64,000 nt of DNA, from NCBI GenBank assembly GCA_041397865.1, contig JAWKVT010000003.1, positions 22,794 to 86,793 of the forward strand, read 5' to 3'. The first letter of the stretch is position 1. The number at the start of each line of letters is the position of its first letter. The stretch comes from Alphaproteobacteria bacterium. GTDB taxonomy: Bacteria; Pseudomonadota; Alphaproteobacteria; Micavibrionales; Micavibrionaceae. Position numbers and translations under genes: made by a program. The notes beneath the pieces were generated by a model. It was not told the origin of the DNA and ran no database searches. It worked only from the letters and a program-made list of their open reading frames with translations. Below are positions 39,301-49,056 of the stretch, piece by piece.

Positions 39301-40344
39301 TTAAATTTCTCCTTGCCGCATACAACATTGGCCGAATTCAGGCGGGCAGGGGGCTTTAAACCCTTCAGAAGCAATGCCCAGCCTATCTAAATGCGCCTTC
39401 ACAAGCCCCGCCAGCCCAGCAATAAACGCTTCATGCGTCCCCGCCGTAGCCGCGCGGTAATATCCCTTTTGCCCGATCTTCTGCGCCTCTTCTTTATACT
39501 CAATATCAAGCTCAACCAGCGTTTCCACATGTTCCTGCGTAAATGCATGCGGATAAATCACCACCGCTTTGCCATCCCGCGCCGCTTTTTCCAACGCCGC
39601 ATCGAGCGAAGGCCCAATCCATTTCATTGGCCCAACGCGGGACTGGTAACAAATCTGCCAATCCAGCCCTTTAATACCCAGCTCCTTCACAATCGCTTCC
39701 GCCGTTTGCTCACACTGCCATTGATACGGATCGCCCTTCTCAATAACTTTCTCCGGCAAGCCATGCGCGGAAAAAAGCACCCGCGGCGCTTCATGCCCGT
39801 CCTTAACCGCCTGCTCATATTGCCCACGAATATTCTCCACCGACGCTCTCACAAAACCCGCATTGGCGTGATAACAACAAACCATCGAAACCGGAATATC
39901 AAGACCCGCCTCACGCGAAGACTTCTTCCACCGCTCCAAAGAAGATTTTGTCGTCGTCGTTGAAAATTGCGGATAAAGCGGCAAAAGCACAATTTTCTCC
40001 GCCCCCCAGTCCCGCACCTCCCGCGCCACTTGCGCCGCCATCGGATGCCAATACCGCATGCACACAAATGTTTTAAAATCACCGCCCAATGCTTTTTCCA
40101 AAGCCTGCGCTTGCTGCGCCGTATTTTCAAGAAGCGGCGATTTATCACCAAGCTCCCTATAGCTCTCCCCTGCTTCACGCTTTGAGCGCTTCTTACTAAT
40201 CAACTTCGCCAGAAAAAACCGCAGCGGCGCAGGCAAAGCAATAATATTTTTATCCATAAAAAAGTTAAACAAAAACGGCTCAATCGCCGTCTTGGAATCC
40301 GGCCCGCCAAGATTAAAAAGTACAACTGCAACCTTCTCGCCCAT
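39301..40344 (-). CDS. hemH: ferrochelatase
   Basis: VVLFNLGGPD N-terminus, LLPLYPQFS, FSAHGLP, and a C-terminal Cys cluster (CPPEFGQCC). Confidence 0.94.
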   Translation of the reverse strand: MGEKVAVVLFNLGGPDSKTAIEPFLFNFFMDKNIIALPAPLRFFLAKLISKKRSKREAGESYRELGDKSPLLENTAQQAQALEKALGGDFKTFVCMRYWHPMAAQVAREVRDWGAEKIVLLPLYPQFSTTTTKSSLERWKKSSREAGLDIPVSMVCCYHANAGFVRASVENIRGQYEQAVKDGHEAPRVLFSAHGLPEKVIEKGDPYQWQCEQTAEAIVKELGIKGLDWQICYQSRVGPMKWIGPSLDAALEKAARDGKAVVIYPHAFTQEHVETLVELDIEYKEEAQKIGQKGYYRAATAGTHEAFIAGLAGLVKAHLDRLGIASEGFKAPCPPEFGQCCMRQGEI

Positions 40345-40348
40345 CCGC

Positions 40349-41395
40349 TCACCCGCCTCTAATCATTTTCACGAGAGCTTCAACATGCTCCACCGGCGTA
40401 TCCTTGTGAATACCGTGCCCCAGATTAAAGACATACGCACCCCCCGATAAATCCCCCATAATTTTTTCAACTGCCAGCGCCATCGCATCCCCCCCGGCCA
40501 TAAGCGCAAACGGATCGAGATTCCCCTGCACCGGGCAAAGCGTTTGCAACGCCCGCACTGCCCAATCCGTGGGCACATGCTGATCCAGCCCAAGCGCCGT
40601 AACCCCGGTCCCTTGAACATAACTCAAATAATTATACCCCGCGCCCTTGGGAAACCCGATAATCGGCACATGCGCATACGCATCACGCACCATCTCCACA
40701 ATCCGCCGCGTCGGCTGAATGCACCAGCGCTTAAATCCATCCGCATCCAGCGCACCGGCCCAGCTATCAAAAATCTGCACCGCCTCCGCACCCGCTTTAA
40801 TCTGATTAATCAAATACGTCGCCGTGGCCTCCACCAGCATATCAATCAACGCTCCAAACCCTTCCGGGTCGCGATAAGCCATCAACTTCACCTTCATAAA
40901 ATCCCGCGATGACCCGCCCTCAACCATGTAAGTCGCCACCGTCCAGGGCGCACCAGCAAAACCGATCAACGCCGTACTGCTAAACCCCTCCGCCGACAAA
41001 GCCGTCTTCACATTCCCCAGCGCTTCATACACCGGGTCAAGCTTTGAAAATTCCGCATAATTCAAAGCTCCAATATCCAGCTCTCCCAGCTTCGGCCCTT
41101 CCCCTTCCGCAAATTCCAACGATTGCCCCAGCGCCATCGGCACAGTCAAAATATCCGAAAAAATAATCGCCGCATCCATCCCGAACCGCCGAACGGGCTG
41201 CATCGTAATCTCACACGCCGCCCGCGGATCAAACGCCATCGCCAGAAACCCGCCCCTTTTCGCCCTAAGCTCACGATACTCCGGCAAATACCGCCCCGCC
41301 TGACGCATAAACCAAAATGGCGGTCTTTCAGCTTTTACACCATTCAAAGCATCCAAAAACGGTTTATCGGTTTTCAAACTCTCAGCTGCAAACAT
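40349..41395 (-). CDS. hemE: uroporphyrinogen decarboxylase
   Basis: PPFWFMRQAGRYLPEYR signature, IFDSWAG, and 348 aa length. Confidence 0.95.
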   Translation of the reverse strand: MFAAESLKTDKPFLDALNGVKAERPPFWFMRQAGRYLPEYRELRAKRGGFLAMAFDPRAACEITMQPVRRFGMDAAIIFSDILTVPMALGQSLEFAEGEGPKLGELDIGALNYAEFSKLDPVYEALGNVKTALSAEGFSSTALIGFAGAPWTVATYMVEGGSSRDFMKVKLMAYRDPEGFGALIDMLVEATATYLINQIKAGAEAVQIFDSWAGALDADGFKRWCIQPTRRIVEMVRDAYAHVPIIGFPKGAGYNYLSYVQGTGVTALGLDQHVPTDWAVRALQTLCPVQGNLDPFALMAGGDAMALAVEKIMGDLSGGAYVFNLGHGIHKDTPVEHVEALVKMIRGG

Positions 41396-41785
41396 CCATT
41401 CAAATCCATTTCATCATTCCGGCCACTCTGCCCCATTGAAGCTCGCTATACTAATTATATATTTATTTTTAAAAAGAGTTTTTATAGTTATAGGTCCTGT
41501 GAATAACGGGCACAGATTTAGCCCCCATTTTTACCCCCAAACACCAGCATAAGAACACTCCTTATTTCTTAACGATTCGCGATGATTCCCCCAGATAAAT
41601 TAAAACAAACAATAATCCGTTTTCCCCATGGGGATGACTCTCATTTAAAAATCGGCATGAAATGGGTGTAACTTCCTCCCGGATTTTTCCTGTGATTCTT
41701 TGGCAACTTACACACAGACCTATGCGCAGAATCGATTCTGTGTTAATCATTAAAACAGAATATATGCTAACGCAGCGGATTTCTT
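41396..41785. other. candidate chromosomal replication origin (oriC) region next to hemE
   Basis: Non-coding 390 bp next to hemE, the conserved alphaproteobacterial origin position. AT-rich tract at 41451-41490. DnaA-box-like TGTGAATAA at 41498-41506 (8/9). Six GANTC sites at 41574-41738. Local switch of gene orientation from minus (left) to plus (right). Confidence 0.45.
41574..41738. promoter_or_regulatory. cluster of six GANTC (CcrM-type methylation) motifs
   Basis: GATTC 41574, GATTC 41584, GACTC 41636, GATTC 41694, GAATC 41729 and GATTC 41734: six sites in 165 bp against fewer than one expected. Confidence 0.5.
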
Positions 41786-42400
41786 ATGTATCAAGAAGCT
41801 TTCACAAAGCTGGAACTCGATGAAACAGCCCTGATTTTAGACAGGCTGAACCCGGAATTTGATGGAAGTGTTTTCGATCCTGTAGAAACGACCGTGCTTG
41901 CACAAAACATCCGATTCTACCCCGGATTCAGGATTCTTGATATCGCTGATTATGGCACCATACCGCCGCTGCGGCGCTTTGTTCTTTACAGCGCCGATAT
42001 GTTTTCGATTCTGGACTTCTCAAATGAACCGCTCTACGCCCTTAATCAAAAACTTCCCATAGATTTAAATGAAAATAATGTTGCAGATTATATTCGGTTT
42101 TTCTTCACTTACGTAAGAGGACGTCATGGCCGTTTTATCATCACTGAAAGTGTTGACGATATAAACTGGAAAGAAGAACCGCCGCCAACAGCGCGCAAAG
42201 CTATCGGGAAAATGCTGACGCCCGTAAAACTCGAAAAAAAGGATGAAAACGGAAACTATCATTTAAATGCCTGTATGGTTTTCAAAGACAGCCTGTTCAA
42301 AAGCCGTATAAAAGTTGAGCCAAACGGCTTCGTATCCTTAAGTGATGAGGAGTTATTGGTCGAGGATATGCCCGTTCTGGATGACACATTCGGGCAATAA
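41786..42400 (+). CDS. hypothetical protein
   Basis: 204-aa ORF, lower GC, no recognised motif. Confidence 0.5.
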   Translation: MYQEAFTKLELDETALILDRLNPEFDGSVFDPVETTVLAQNIRFYPGFRILDIADYGTIPPLRRFVLYSADMFSILDFSNEPLYALNQKLPIDLNENNVADYIRFFFTYVRGRHGRFIITESVDDINWKEEPPPTARKAIGKMLTPVKLEKKDENGNYHLNACMVFKDSLFKSRIKVEPNGFVSLSDEELLVEDMPVLDDTFGQ

Positions 42401-42693
42401 AGCCTCAAATTATCCGATACTGCTGGAAAATTTTATCGTACCGGAACGTCAGAAAAATTAACCTCATATCAATGAAAAATAATATTACGTAAACTAAAAA
42501 TTAACACTAGGTTAAATCCCGTACATTATTTGCGATAACATAGGCTATTTCTTTGATTTTTCCCGATTTTTTCGATTTTTAGAAAGGTTCCGTTAAGGAA
42601 TTAAGCGCCATAATGGAATCATAAGCCGTAAAAAAGCGGCAAGGGCATTTACAAATTAGGGTTCTTTAAAAACATCAAAAAATTGGGTTCATT

Positions 42694-44043
42694 ATGAGCG
42701 ATTCATTTGGGGACATTACGAGACAAAATCAAAGTGTAAAAACGGTTTGCCGGGTTGCTTACACGATTAACGGTGTGCAGCCGGTCATCAGCACGATTAT
42801 TGATGACCAGCCGCTTTTTTACATGGATTTTAATTACAGCTATGAAGACGAAGAGGATATGAGATTCGATGCTGCCGATATTGGCATTCTGGAAAGTGAA
42901 ATCTGTGCTTTAAAAAACGAAATAGGAACCATCGAAAGATTATCGAAAAATTTTGTCAGGGAAAGTGACGAAAAAGTTGAAGAGTTTTTAGATGATGCAA
43001 GTTTCATGACAAACACTGCGCAAATATATGAAGAATTTCCAATAGAAAATCTCATAGAAATCTTGCGCGAAAGCCGCTTGGCCACCGCTTATCTGGCATG
43101 TGCGGAAAAATACGACGTAAACGTAAAATACTCGGCCCAGATTGAAACCGCACAATATGACCGCAATGCGGGGCTTATCCTTGTTAATCCAAATCTGGAT
43201 ATAGTCGATCAGCAATTAATAACGGTTCAGGAATTGCGCCGCCATTGGCAGCATCGCCAGGGTGTATTAATCCATCCGCTTATGTTTCATCCTGATAACG
43301 CGATTCTTGTAAACCGGGCGCAAGTCGCCGATCTGGTCGTATCCATGATCCGTGTGGCGTGGGAGCTTCAGCTTTCCGGAGAAAAAGAAGTTTGGGAGCG
43401 CATCGAAAACTCATCCATGGCCGATCTGGGCCGCGCCTTTGCCCGCGAAGCTTTTCTCGATTTTCGCACCATTAATAACGGACAGGCCGCTGCGGCTGTT
43501 TTCGAAGCATGGTTCCTGAGTGAAAGATGCAGAGCGCAAGATAAAGTTATTATCAATCAAATGCTTGCTGATTATAAAGGCTATGTTTTTGACCTGAAGG
43601 AAGCTGAGCAAAACATCACACCATCCTTAATTGCTGCGCTGGGTGAAATGCCTTTCGGCAAAAATTACCTGGCAGAACATGCCGTCACCATCATGGAAGA
43701 TGCGATATTTACCGATGTGCGTGATCGTTCAAACGCGAATTTCCTTTGGTTTATCAAGTTTGAGCGCTCTTTCCGCGAATCGGAACAGGAGTTGCAAACA
43801 TCCGCCCCATCATCCGCAGGAGACATTCGTTTTTCTGCATCATATCTCGAAGGGGTTCAGGATCATGCATTCACAGGGCAATCAGCACAGGTCATTTCAT
43901 TATTTACAGAAGAATGTAACGAAGCAGGGGATAAATCTGGAAAAGACGGCGGACGCTTGGCACCAAAGCCGCGTCCAAAACGAACAAATAATAAGAGCGA
44001 AGACTCAAACATCGTATATATCCGGCGCTTTCCTACAGAATAG
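42694..44043 (+). CDS. hypothetical protein, paralog A of a tandem pair
   Basis: 449-aa ORF. Roughly 300 aa are collinear with the next ORF (for example ADLVVSMIRVAWELQLSGEKEVW vs ADLDILAVLVGWELRGEGKGSLW, and NGQAAAAVFEAWF vs NGKALAAAFTQWF). Confidence 0.6.
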   Translation: MSDSFGDITRQNQSVKTVCRVAYTINGVQPVISTIIDDQPLFYMDFNYSYEDEEDMRFDAADIGILESEICALKNEIGTIERLSKNFVRESDEKVEEFLDDASFMTNTAQIYEEFPIENLIEILRESRLATAYLACAEKYDVNVKYSAQIETAQYDRNAGLILVNPNLDIVDQQLITVQELRRHWQHRQGVLIHPLMFHPDNAILVNRAQVADLVVSMIRVAWELQLSGEKEVWERIENSSMADLGRAFAREAFLDFRTINNGQAAAAVFEAWFLSERCRAQDKVIINQMLADYKGYVFDLKEAEQNITPSLIAALGEMPFGKNYLAEHAVTIMEDAIFTDVRDRSNANFLWFIKFERSFRESEQELQTSAPSSAGDIRFSASYLEGVQDHAFTGQSAQVISLFTEECNEAGDKSGKDGGRLAPKPRPKRTNNKSEDSNIVYIRRFPTE

Positions 44044-44098
44044 GCAAGTGCAGGAATCTCAAAAGCGGTTTTTCGATCTGCGTAACGGGGAGTGTGGC

Positions 44099-45178
44099 AT
44101 GAGCGATCATGATTCACAAAAAAAAGAAAATATAAATACGGAAAAAACAGGCTCTTCTGCTGATTTCAAACCTGTAAATTTTCAAAAACAAACATGTATA
44201 GCGCCATCATTAAAGGCGTTTCGTGAATCATCCTGCGAATCATGGACGATCGGGGATCTATCCGAAGAATCGTCTTCTGCAGCAACGCCGGATAGTAAAT
44301 ATGGAATTTTGTCATGGGCCGTTGCGCATCTTGCAAACAGCCCGGCGGCATGCGCGATGCTGAAAGAAGCGGAAAAAGAAAACTGGTCTTTTGCGCTCGA
44401 ATCGCTGGGTGGGCCGGACTTTCATCTGGATGTTCCTGAAAAGCTCATCGTTCTGGATAATCAGGATTTAATGACGGGAGCTTTGGGTCGCTCGGAATAT
44501 TTCAAAAACGCGGTTTTGGTATCCATGATCCGCGCTCTGCGTGATGTATGGCAGGAAAAACGCCACGGTGCTTTTGATATACAATACGGTCCCGAAGCCG
44601 TCTTAATGCTTGAGCGCATCCGCGCTGCCGATCTTGACATACTTGCTGTCCTCGTGGGCTGGGAACTGCGCGGTGAAGGAAAAGGCAGCCTGTGGCGTCA
44701 CCTTATAGGCTCTGAAGACGGCGATATTGCCATGCGTTTTTCAGGTTTTCTGGAGCGTGATCCGTCCTCCCTGTTTAACGGCAAGGCTCTGGCCGCAGCG
44801 TTCACACAATGGTTTCGCAATGATCGCCGCGTTGATAGCTGCGATCATGAGGTTCTGAATTATCTCGACGATATCGTAGAGTGCAGTAACTCTTGCCAAG
44901 AATCTTTTGGCTGTAAAAAACTCACACCTGTTGGTGCAGAAACGCTTTCATGCTTGCCGGACAAAACCGCCTATCTTCAGGGGCAGGGCAGAGAAATTAT
45001 CGGCAATCCGCTTTATACGGGTCTCACAGACCCGATCAATCAGGCCCATTTCATGCAGATCATGTACGACCTAAAAGTCGTACGCGTACAGAGCGTACCC
45101 TTCCGCGATGCAAGGCTGGCCGAGATGATTTTCCCCGGCGGCGAATTTACCGCTGATGATGAAGATGTAATTCATTAA
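44099..45178 (+). CDS. hypothetical protein, paralog B of a tandem pair
   Basis: 359 aa from ATG 44099, preceded by GGGGAG. The ORF-track frame stays open back to 43631, but that upstream part overlaps paralog A and does not look protein-like. Confidence 0.6.
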   Translation: MSDHDSQKKENINTEKTGSSADFKPVNFQKQTCIAPSLKAFRESSCESWTIGDLSEESSSAATPDSKYGILSWAVAHLANSPAACAMLKEAEKENWSFALESLGGPDFHLDVPEKLIVLDNQDLMTGALGRSEYFKNAVLVSMIRALRDVWQEKRHGAFDIQYGPEAVLMLERIRAADLDILAVLVGWELRGEGKGSLWRHLIGSEDGDIAMRFSGFLERDPSSLFNGKALAAAFTQWFRNDRRVDSCDHEVLNYLDDIVECSNSCQESFGCKKLTPVGAETLSCLPDKTAYLQGQGREIIGNPLYTGLTDPINQAHFMQIMYDLKVVRVQSVPFRDARLAEMIFPGGEFTADDEDVIH

Positions 45179-45221
45179 ACTTAGCTTTACAGAAAAGACA
45201 TGAAAAGATAGAAAATATGGC

Positions 45222-46031
45222 ATGTCACAAAATCACAAGCAAAAAAAAGAGCAATCACCATTCAGACATTTAAGATTGGCAATATTGTTGCTGATACTTG
45301 CCTTTCTTGCCACGCCGCATTTGCGTAGTTCACTCGATACAATCCGGCAAAACCCCGATCAATATGAACACCATTATTCATTTGGTCTGACCTTTCCTTT
45401 TGTTGGCAGTTACTACCTCATGAAACCGGAAAACTACGACCCGGCAAAGCAATATCCCTTGGTTGTCGCTCTACATGGCGTTAGCAAACACGCTTATCCT
45501 GCAGAAGCATTGGCACAACCGGATTTCAGGAAAAAGTATCCGTTCTTTATAATGGTTCCGATTGCTCCCGGGCAGGCATTTTGGGCCACACCGAAAAACA
45601 AAAATTACCAGATGGATCAAGGAGCGCTGCCTTGGCCGGACCATTTGCCATTAGTCATTTCCGGGATAGAAGGCATTGCCTCACAATACAATATCAACAA
45701 ATCTAAGATTATAATTACCGGGCATTCAATGGGCGCAAGCGGCGTTATCGGCGCTTTGGAACGTTACCCTGATTATTTTTCCGGTGGAATCGGTTCATCC
45801 GGCGTCTGGGACCCTAACCAGATATCCAATATTCGCACACCACTATTCATATTCCATGGAACGCAGGACGCTGCGGTCCCTGTGCATTACGCCACAGCTC
45901 TAAAAGAAGCTGCGCGAAATAAAGGGCGGCTTATTCGCGTTCATATCTTGGAAAACCGTGGTCACGAAATTGGCAGCGTTATTTATAAAAGTCCGCAAGT
46001 CTGGGATAATTTAATAGCGGCACTAAAATAA
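45222..46031 (+). CDS. alpha/beta hydrolase (esterase family) with N-terminal membrane anchor or signal
   Basis: GHSMGASG nucleophile elbow (GxSxG), downstream FHGTQD and GHE (Asp/His candidates). Hydrophobic N-terminus LAILLLILAFLATP. Confidence 0.7.
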   Translation: MSQNHKQKKEQSPFRHLRLAILLLILAFLATPHLRSSLDTIRQNPDQYEHHYSFGLTFPFVGSYYLMKPENYDPAKQYPLVVALHGVSKHAYPAEALAQPDFRKKYPFFIMVPIAPGQAFWATPKNKNYQMDQGALPWPDHLPLVISGIEGIASQYNINKSKIIITGHSMGASGVIGALERYPDYFSGGIGSSGVWDPNQISNIRTPLFIFHGTQDAAVPVHYATALKEAARNKGRLIRVHILENRGHEIGSVIYKSPQVWDNLIAALK

Positions 46032-46086
46032 TTCTGATTATACTTTGCCCGATTGCTTTAGCCCGTAATCCCTTTAATATGGGCGC

Positions 46087-46971
46087 ATGAGCAAGCAAGA
46101 ACCGCCCAAAGAAGAATCCAAACAATTCCACCTGCATCTGGTGTCCGATGCAACCGGCACAACGCTGCTCGGTCTGGCCCGCGCCTGCCTTGCGCAGTTC
46201 GAACATATCGAGCCGGTGCAGAAATTCTGGCCGCTTGTGCGCTCTGAACGGCAATTAGAGCGCATTATAGCCCGTATCAAGGAAACCCCCGGACCCGTAA
46301 TCTTTACCCTTGTTGATCCTAATATGCGCCGCCGCCTGCAGGATTTCTGCGATGAAATGGGCATCCCTTGCGTTGCCGTTCTCGATCCTATTATCCGCAG
46401 CCTGTCCTCTTATCTGGGTGAACACGCCGTCGGTGTCCCGGGCTTGCAGCACGCCATGGATGATGCGTATTTCAAACGCGTTGAAGCCATTGATTATGCC
46501 ATGCGCCACGATGACGGCAAAACCCTGAAAGGACTTTCAAAGGCCGATGTTATTCTGGTCGGCGTGTCGCGTACGTCAAAAACCCCAACATCCGTGTTCC
46601 TCGCTCGGCGCGGGATCAAGGTCGCCAACATCCCGCTGGTTCCCGGCGTCGAAGTGCCCAATGAAAAGCTTTCATTGGAACGGCCCATGTATGTCGGCCT
46701 GACCGCCTCTCCTCAGCGTTTGATGCATCTGCGCCGCACGCGGCTAAATTCAAACGGGGAAGCGGTACCGGAACATGTCAAAGACAATCTATATCTCGAT
46801 GAGGAAGAAATCGAAGAAGAAGTTCGTCTTGCCCGCCGGATGTTCAGCAAGAAAGACTGGCCTGTGATTGATGTGACAAAACGCTCTATCGAAGAAACCG
46901 CGGCTGAGATTATGGCGCTTTTGCAAAGCCGTCTCGATAAAATTGCAAAAGCAAAAGAGGCCAAGGAATGA
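46087..46971 (+). CDS. pyruvate, phosphate dikinase / PEP synthase regulatory protein (kinase/pyrophosphorylase, DUF299)
   Basis: FHLHLVSDATGTTL N-terminus and ILVGVSRTSKTPTSVFLARRG P-loop. Confidence 0.9.
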   Translation: MSKQEPPKEESKQFHLHLVSDATGTTLLGLARACLAQFEHIEPVQKFWPLVRSERQLERIIARIKETPGPVIFTLVDPNMRRRLQDFCDEMGIPCVAVLDPIIRSLSSYLGEHAVGVPGLQHAMDDAYFKRVEAIDYAMRHDDGKTLKGLSKADVILVGVSRTSKTPTSVFLARRGIKVANIPLVPGVEVPNEKLSLERPMYVGLTASPQRLMHLRRTRLNSNGEAVPEHVKDNLYLDEEEIEEEVRLARRMFSKKDWPVIDVTKRSIEETAAEIMALLQSRLDKIAKAKEAKE

Positions 46972-47549
46972 TGCTGATTCTCGCATCGAAAAGCAGTGCG
47001 CGGCAAAATATGCTCCGCGCTGCCGGACTCGAATTTGAAATCCGCCCCGCTGAAATTGATGAAAGCGTAGCGCAAAGCTCAAACGCCCCGCCTTCGGAAG
47101 TTGCGCAGGAACTCGCCCGCGCCAAAGCGTTGCATGTCGCCGCCGGGCACCCCGATGCGCTGGTCATCGGCTCCGACCAAATTCTGGAATGCGAAGGACA
47201 AATATTGACTAAAGCTGCAAACAAAGATGAGGCCCGCGAAAAATTAAAAACCCTGCGCGGCAAAACCCATAGCCTTATCTCCGCTGTCACGCTCGCAAAA
47301 AACGATGAAATTTTATGGCAGCAAACCGGCAATGCATTTTTAACCATGCATAATTTTAATGATGATTTTTTAGAAAGCTATATCGAAAGGGCAGGGGAGG
47401 CGCTCACCCGTTCCGTCGGCGCATATGAATTGGAATCTACAGGCGTGCAGCTATTCGAAACTATCAAAGGCGACTACTTCACAATCCTAGGCATGCCGCT
47501 TTTGCCGCTTCTGACATATCTACGGACGCAGCAAGGAATAGGCCTATGA
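46968..47549 (+). CDS. maf: Maf family nucleoside triphosphate pyrophosphatase
   Basis: LILASKSSARQNMLRAAGL, VIGSDQIL and GAYELES motifs. 4-nt overlap with the upstream gene. Confidence 0.9.
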   Translation: MMLILASKSSARQNMLRAAGLEFEIRPAEIDESVAQSSNAPPSEVAQELARAKALHVAAGHPDALVIGSDQILECEGQILTKAANKDEAREKLKTLRGKTHSLISAVTLAKNDEILWQQTGNAFLTMHNFNDDFLESYIERAGEALTRSVGAYELESTGVQLFETIKGDYFTILGMPLLPLLTYLRTQQGIGL

Positions 47550-48379
47550 ACAAATTCGTGAAAGCCGCCGTGGTTGGCCACCCGGTCAGCCACTCAAAAT
47601 CCCCGCTCATCCATAATTACTGGATTGAAAAATATGGATTAAATGGCGCCTACGAAGCGATTGATACCGCTCCGGAAAATCTGGAACAAAGCATCCGTCG
47701 TCTGGTAGACGAAGGTTTTACCGGGTTTAACGTCACCGTCCCGCATAAAGAGGCTGTTTTGACGCTCTGCGATGAAGCCGATCATAACGCCCGCGCTATC
47801 GGTGCGGTGAACACCGTTGTAATTAAAGACGGTAAACTGCGCGGCCTCAATACCGATGGCTTCGGCTTCCTGCATAATATCTGGGAGGTCGCGCCCGATT
47901 TTGAATTTCAAAACAAACGCGCGGTTATATTGGGCGCAGGCGGCGCGGCCCGCGCAATTATCAGCGGCCTGATCGGTGAGGAAATAGGCCAAATCGTGCT
48001 GACAAACCGCACCCGCGAAAAGGCTGAAAAAATTAAAGATGAAATGGGTTCTTCAAGTGATTTGATTGTGGTTGAAGACTGGGAAAACCGTAATCAAGTT
48101 TTAGAAAATGCCGATTTACTGGTCAACACAACATCACTGGGAATGAACGGTCAGCCGCCGCTGGACATAAATTTAAACGCTCTGCCAAAAACAGCGCTGG
48201 TCAACGATATTGTCTATGCGCCGCTGCAAACCGATCTTTTAAAAGCAGCAAAAGAAAACGGCAATATAGCCGTAACGGGAATCGGCATGCTCATTCATCA
48301 GGCCCGCCCCGCTTTTAAAGCGTGGTTTGGTGTATTGCCGGATGTAACGGATGAACTAAGAGAGCTGGTTTTAAAATGA
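47546..48379 (+). CDS. aroE: shikimate dehydrogenase
   Basis: VVGHPVSHSKSPLIHN, GFNVTVPHKE, NTDGFGF and ILGAGGAARA. Confidence 0.92.
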   Translation: MNKFVKAAVVGHPVSHSKSPLIHNYWIEKYGLNGAYEAIDTAPENLEQSIRRLVDEGFTGFNVTVPHKEAVLTLCDEADHNARAIGAVNTVVIKDGKLRGLNTDGFGFLHNIWEVAPDFEFQNKRAVILGAGGAARAIISGLIGEEIGQIVLTNRTREKAEKIKDEMGSSSDLIVVEDWENRNQVLENADLLVNTTSLGMNGQPPLDINLNALPKTALVNDIVYAPLQTDLLKAAKENGNIAVTGIGMLIHQARPAFKAWFGVLPDVTDELRELVLK

Positions 48380-49056
48380 TTGTCATCGGCATAACAGGTT
48401 CCATCGGCATGGGCAAATCGACTGCCGGGTCCATGCTCGAATATCTCGGCGTGCCCGTCCACGATTCCGATGCCGCCGTACATGAGCTTCTGCGTTATGG
48501 CAGCGAGGCATGGTACGCCATCACCGCCGCATTCCCCTATTTCTCTTACCCCCAGATCTATGGATGCAAACATTTCTGGAACCCGCTTAAAGACACGCAG
48601 CGCTATTTAAAACGCGATGCGCTGGGCAAACTCGTTTTTGAAAAAGAAAAGGAGCGCGAAAAGCTTGAAGCAATCCTGCACCCCCTCGTACGCAAATCCC
48701 AAAACGAATTCATCAAAGCGCAAGCGCGGTTGGGCCGTGATATAGCCGCGCTGGACATTCCTTTGCTCTTTGAAACCGGCGCGGATACGTATATTGATTA
48801 TACGCTAACAATCACCGCCCCGCCCTTTGTCCAAAAATCCCGCGTACTGGCCCGTTCCGGGATGACACAAAAAAAACTATCCGGTATTTTAAAACGCCAG
48901 ATGCCCGACGGCGAAAAACGCGCCCGCGCTGATTTTGTTGTACATAGCGGACTGGGCCGCGCGGTTATGATGAAAGAATTAAAAGCTGTCCTGGTTAAAA
49001 TCAGGGAGCATCAGAATCCGCAAGATGAAACTCTGAAAGAGGAAAATGCCGGATGA
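48376..49056 (+). CDS. coaE: dephospho-CoA kinase
   Basis: IGITGSIGMGKST P-loop and ILHPLV. Confidence 0.9.
   Translation: MIVIGITGSIGMGKSTAGSMLEYLGVPVHDSDAAVHELLRYGSEAWYAITAAFPYFSYPQIYGCKHFWNPLKDTQRYLKRDALGKLVFEKEKEREKLEAILHPLVRKSQNEFIKAQARLGRDIAALDIPLLFETGADTYIDYTLTITAPPFVQKSRVLARSGMTQKKLSGILKRQMPDGEKRARADFVVHSGLGRAVMMKELKAVLVKIREHQNPQDETLKEENAG

Noticed and set aside
43631-44098. The reading frame of paralog B stays open for 156 codons upstream of ATG 44099 and overlaps the 3' third of paralog A in the +1 frame. This could suggest a 515-aa overlapping gene or a programmed frameshift fusion.
   Set aside because: The translated overlap (rich in C/W/H/Q, for example MLRWVKCLSAKITWQNMPSPSWKMRYLPMC...) does not look protein-like. 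Paralog A's own frame aligns with paralog B's C-terminal region across this stretch, and ATG 44099 has a good GGGGAG RBS. I treat the open frame as chance. It would be worth a check only if ribosome profiling were available.
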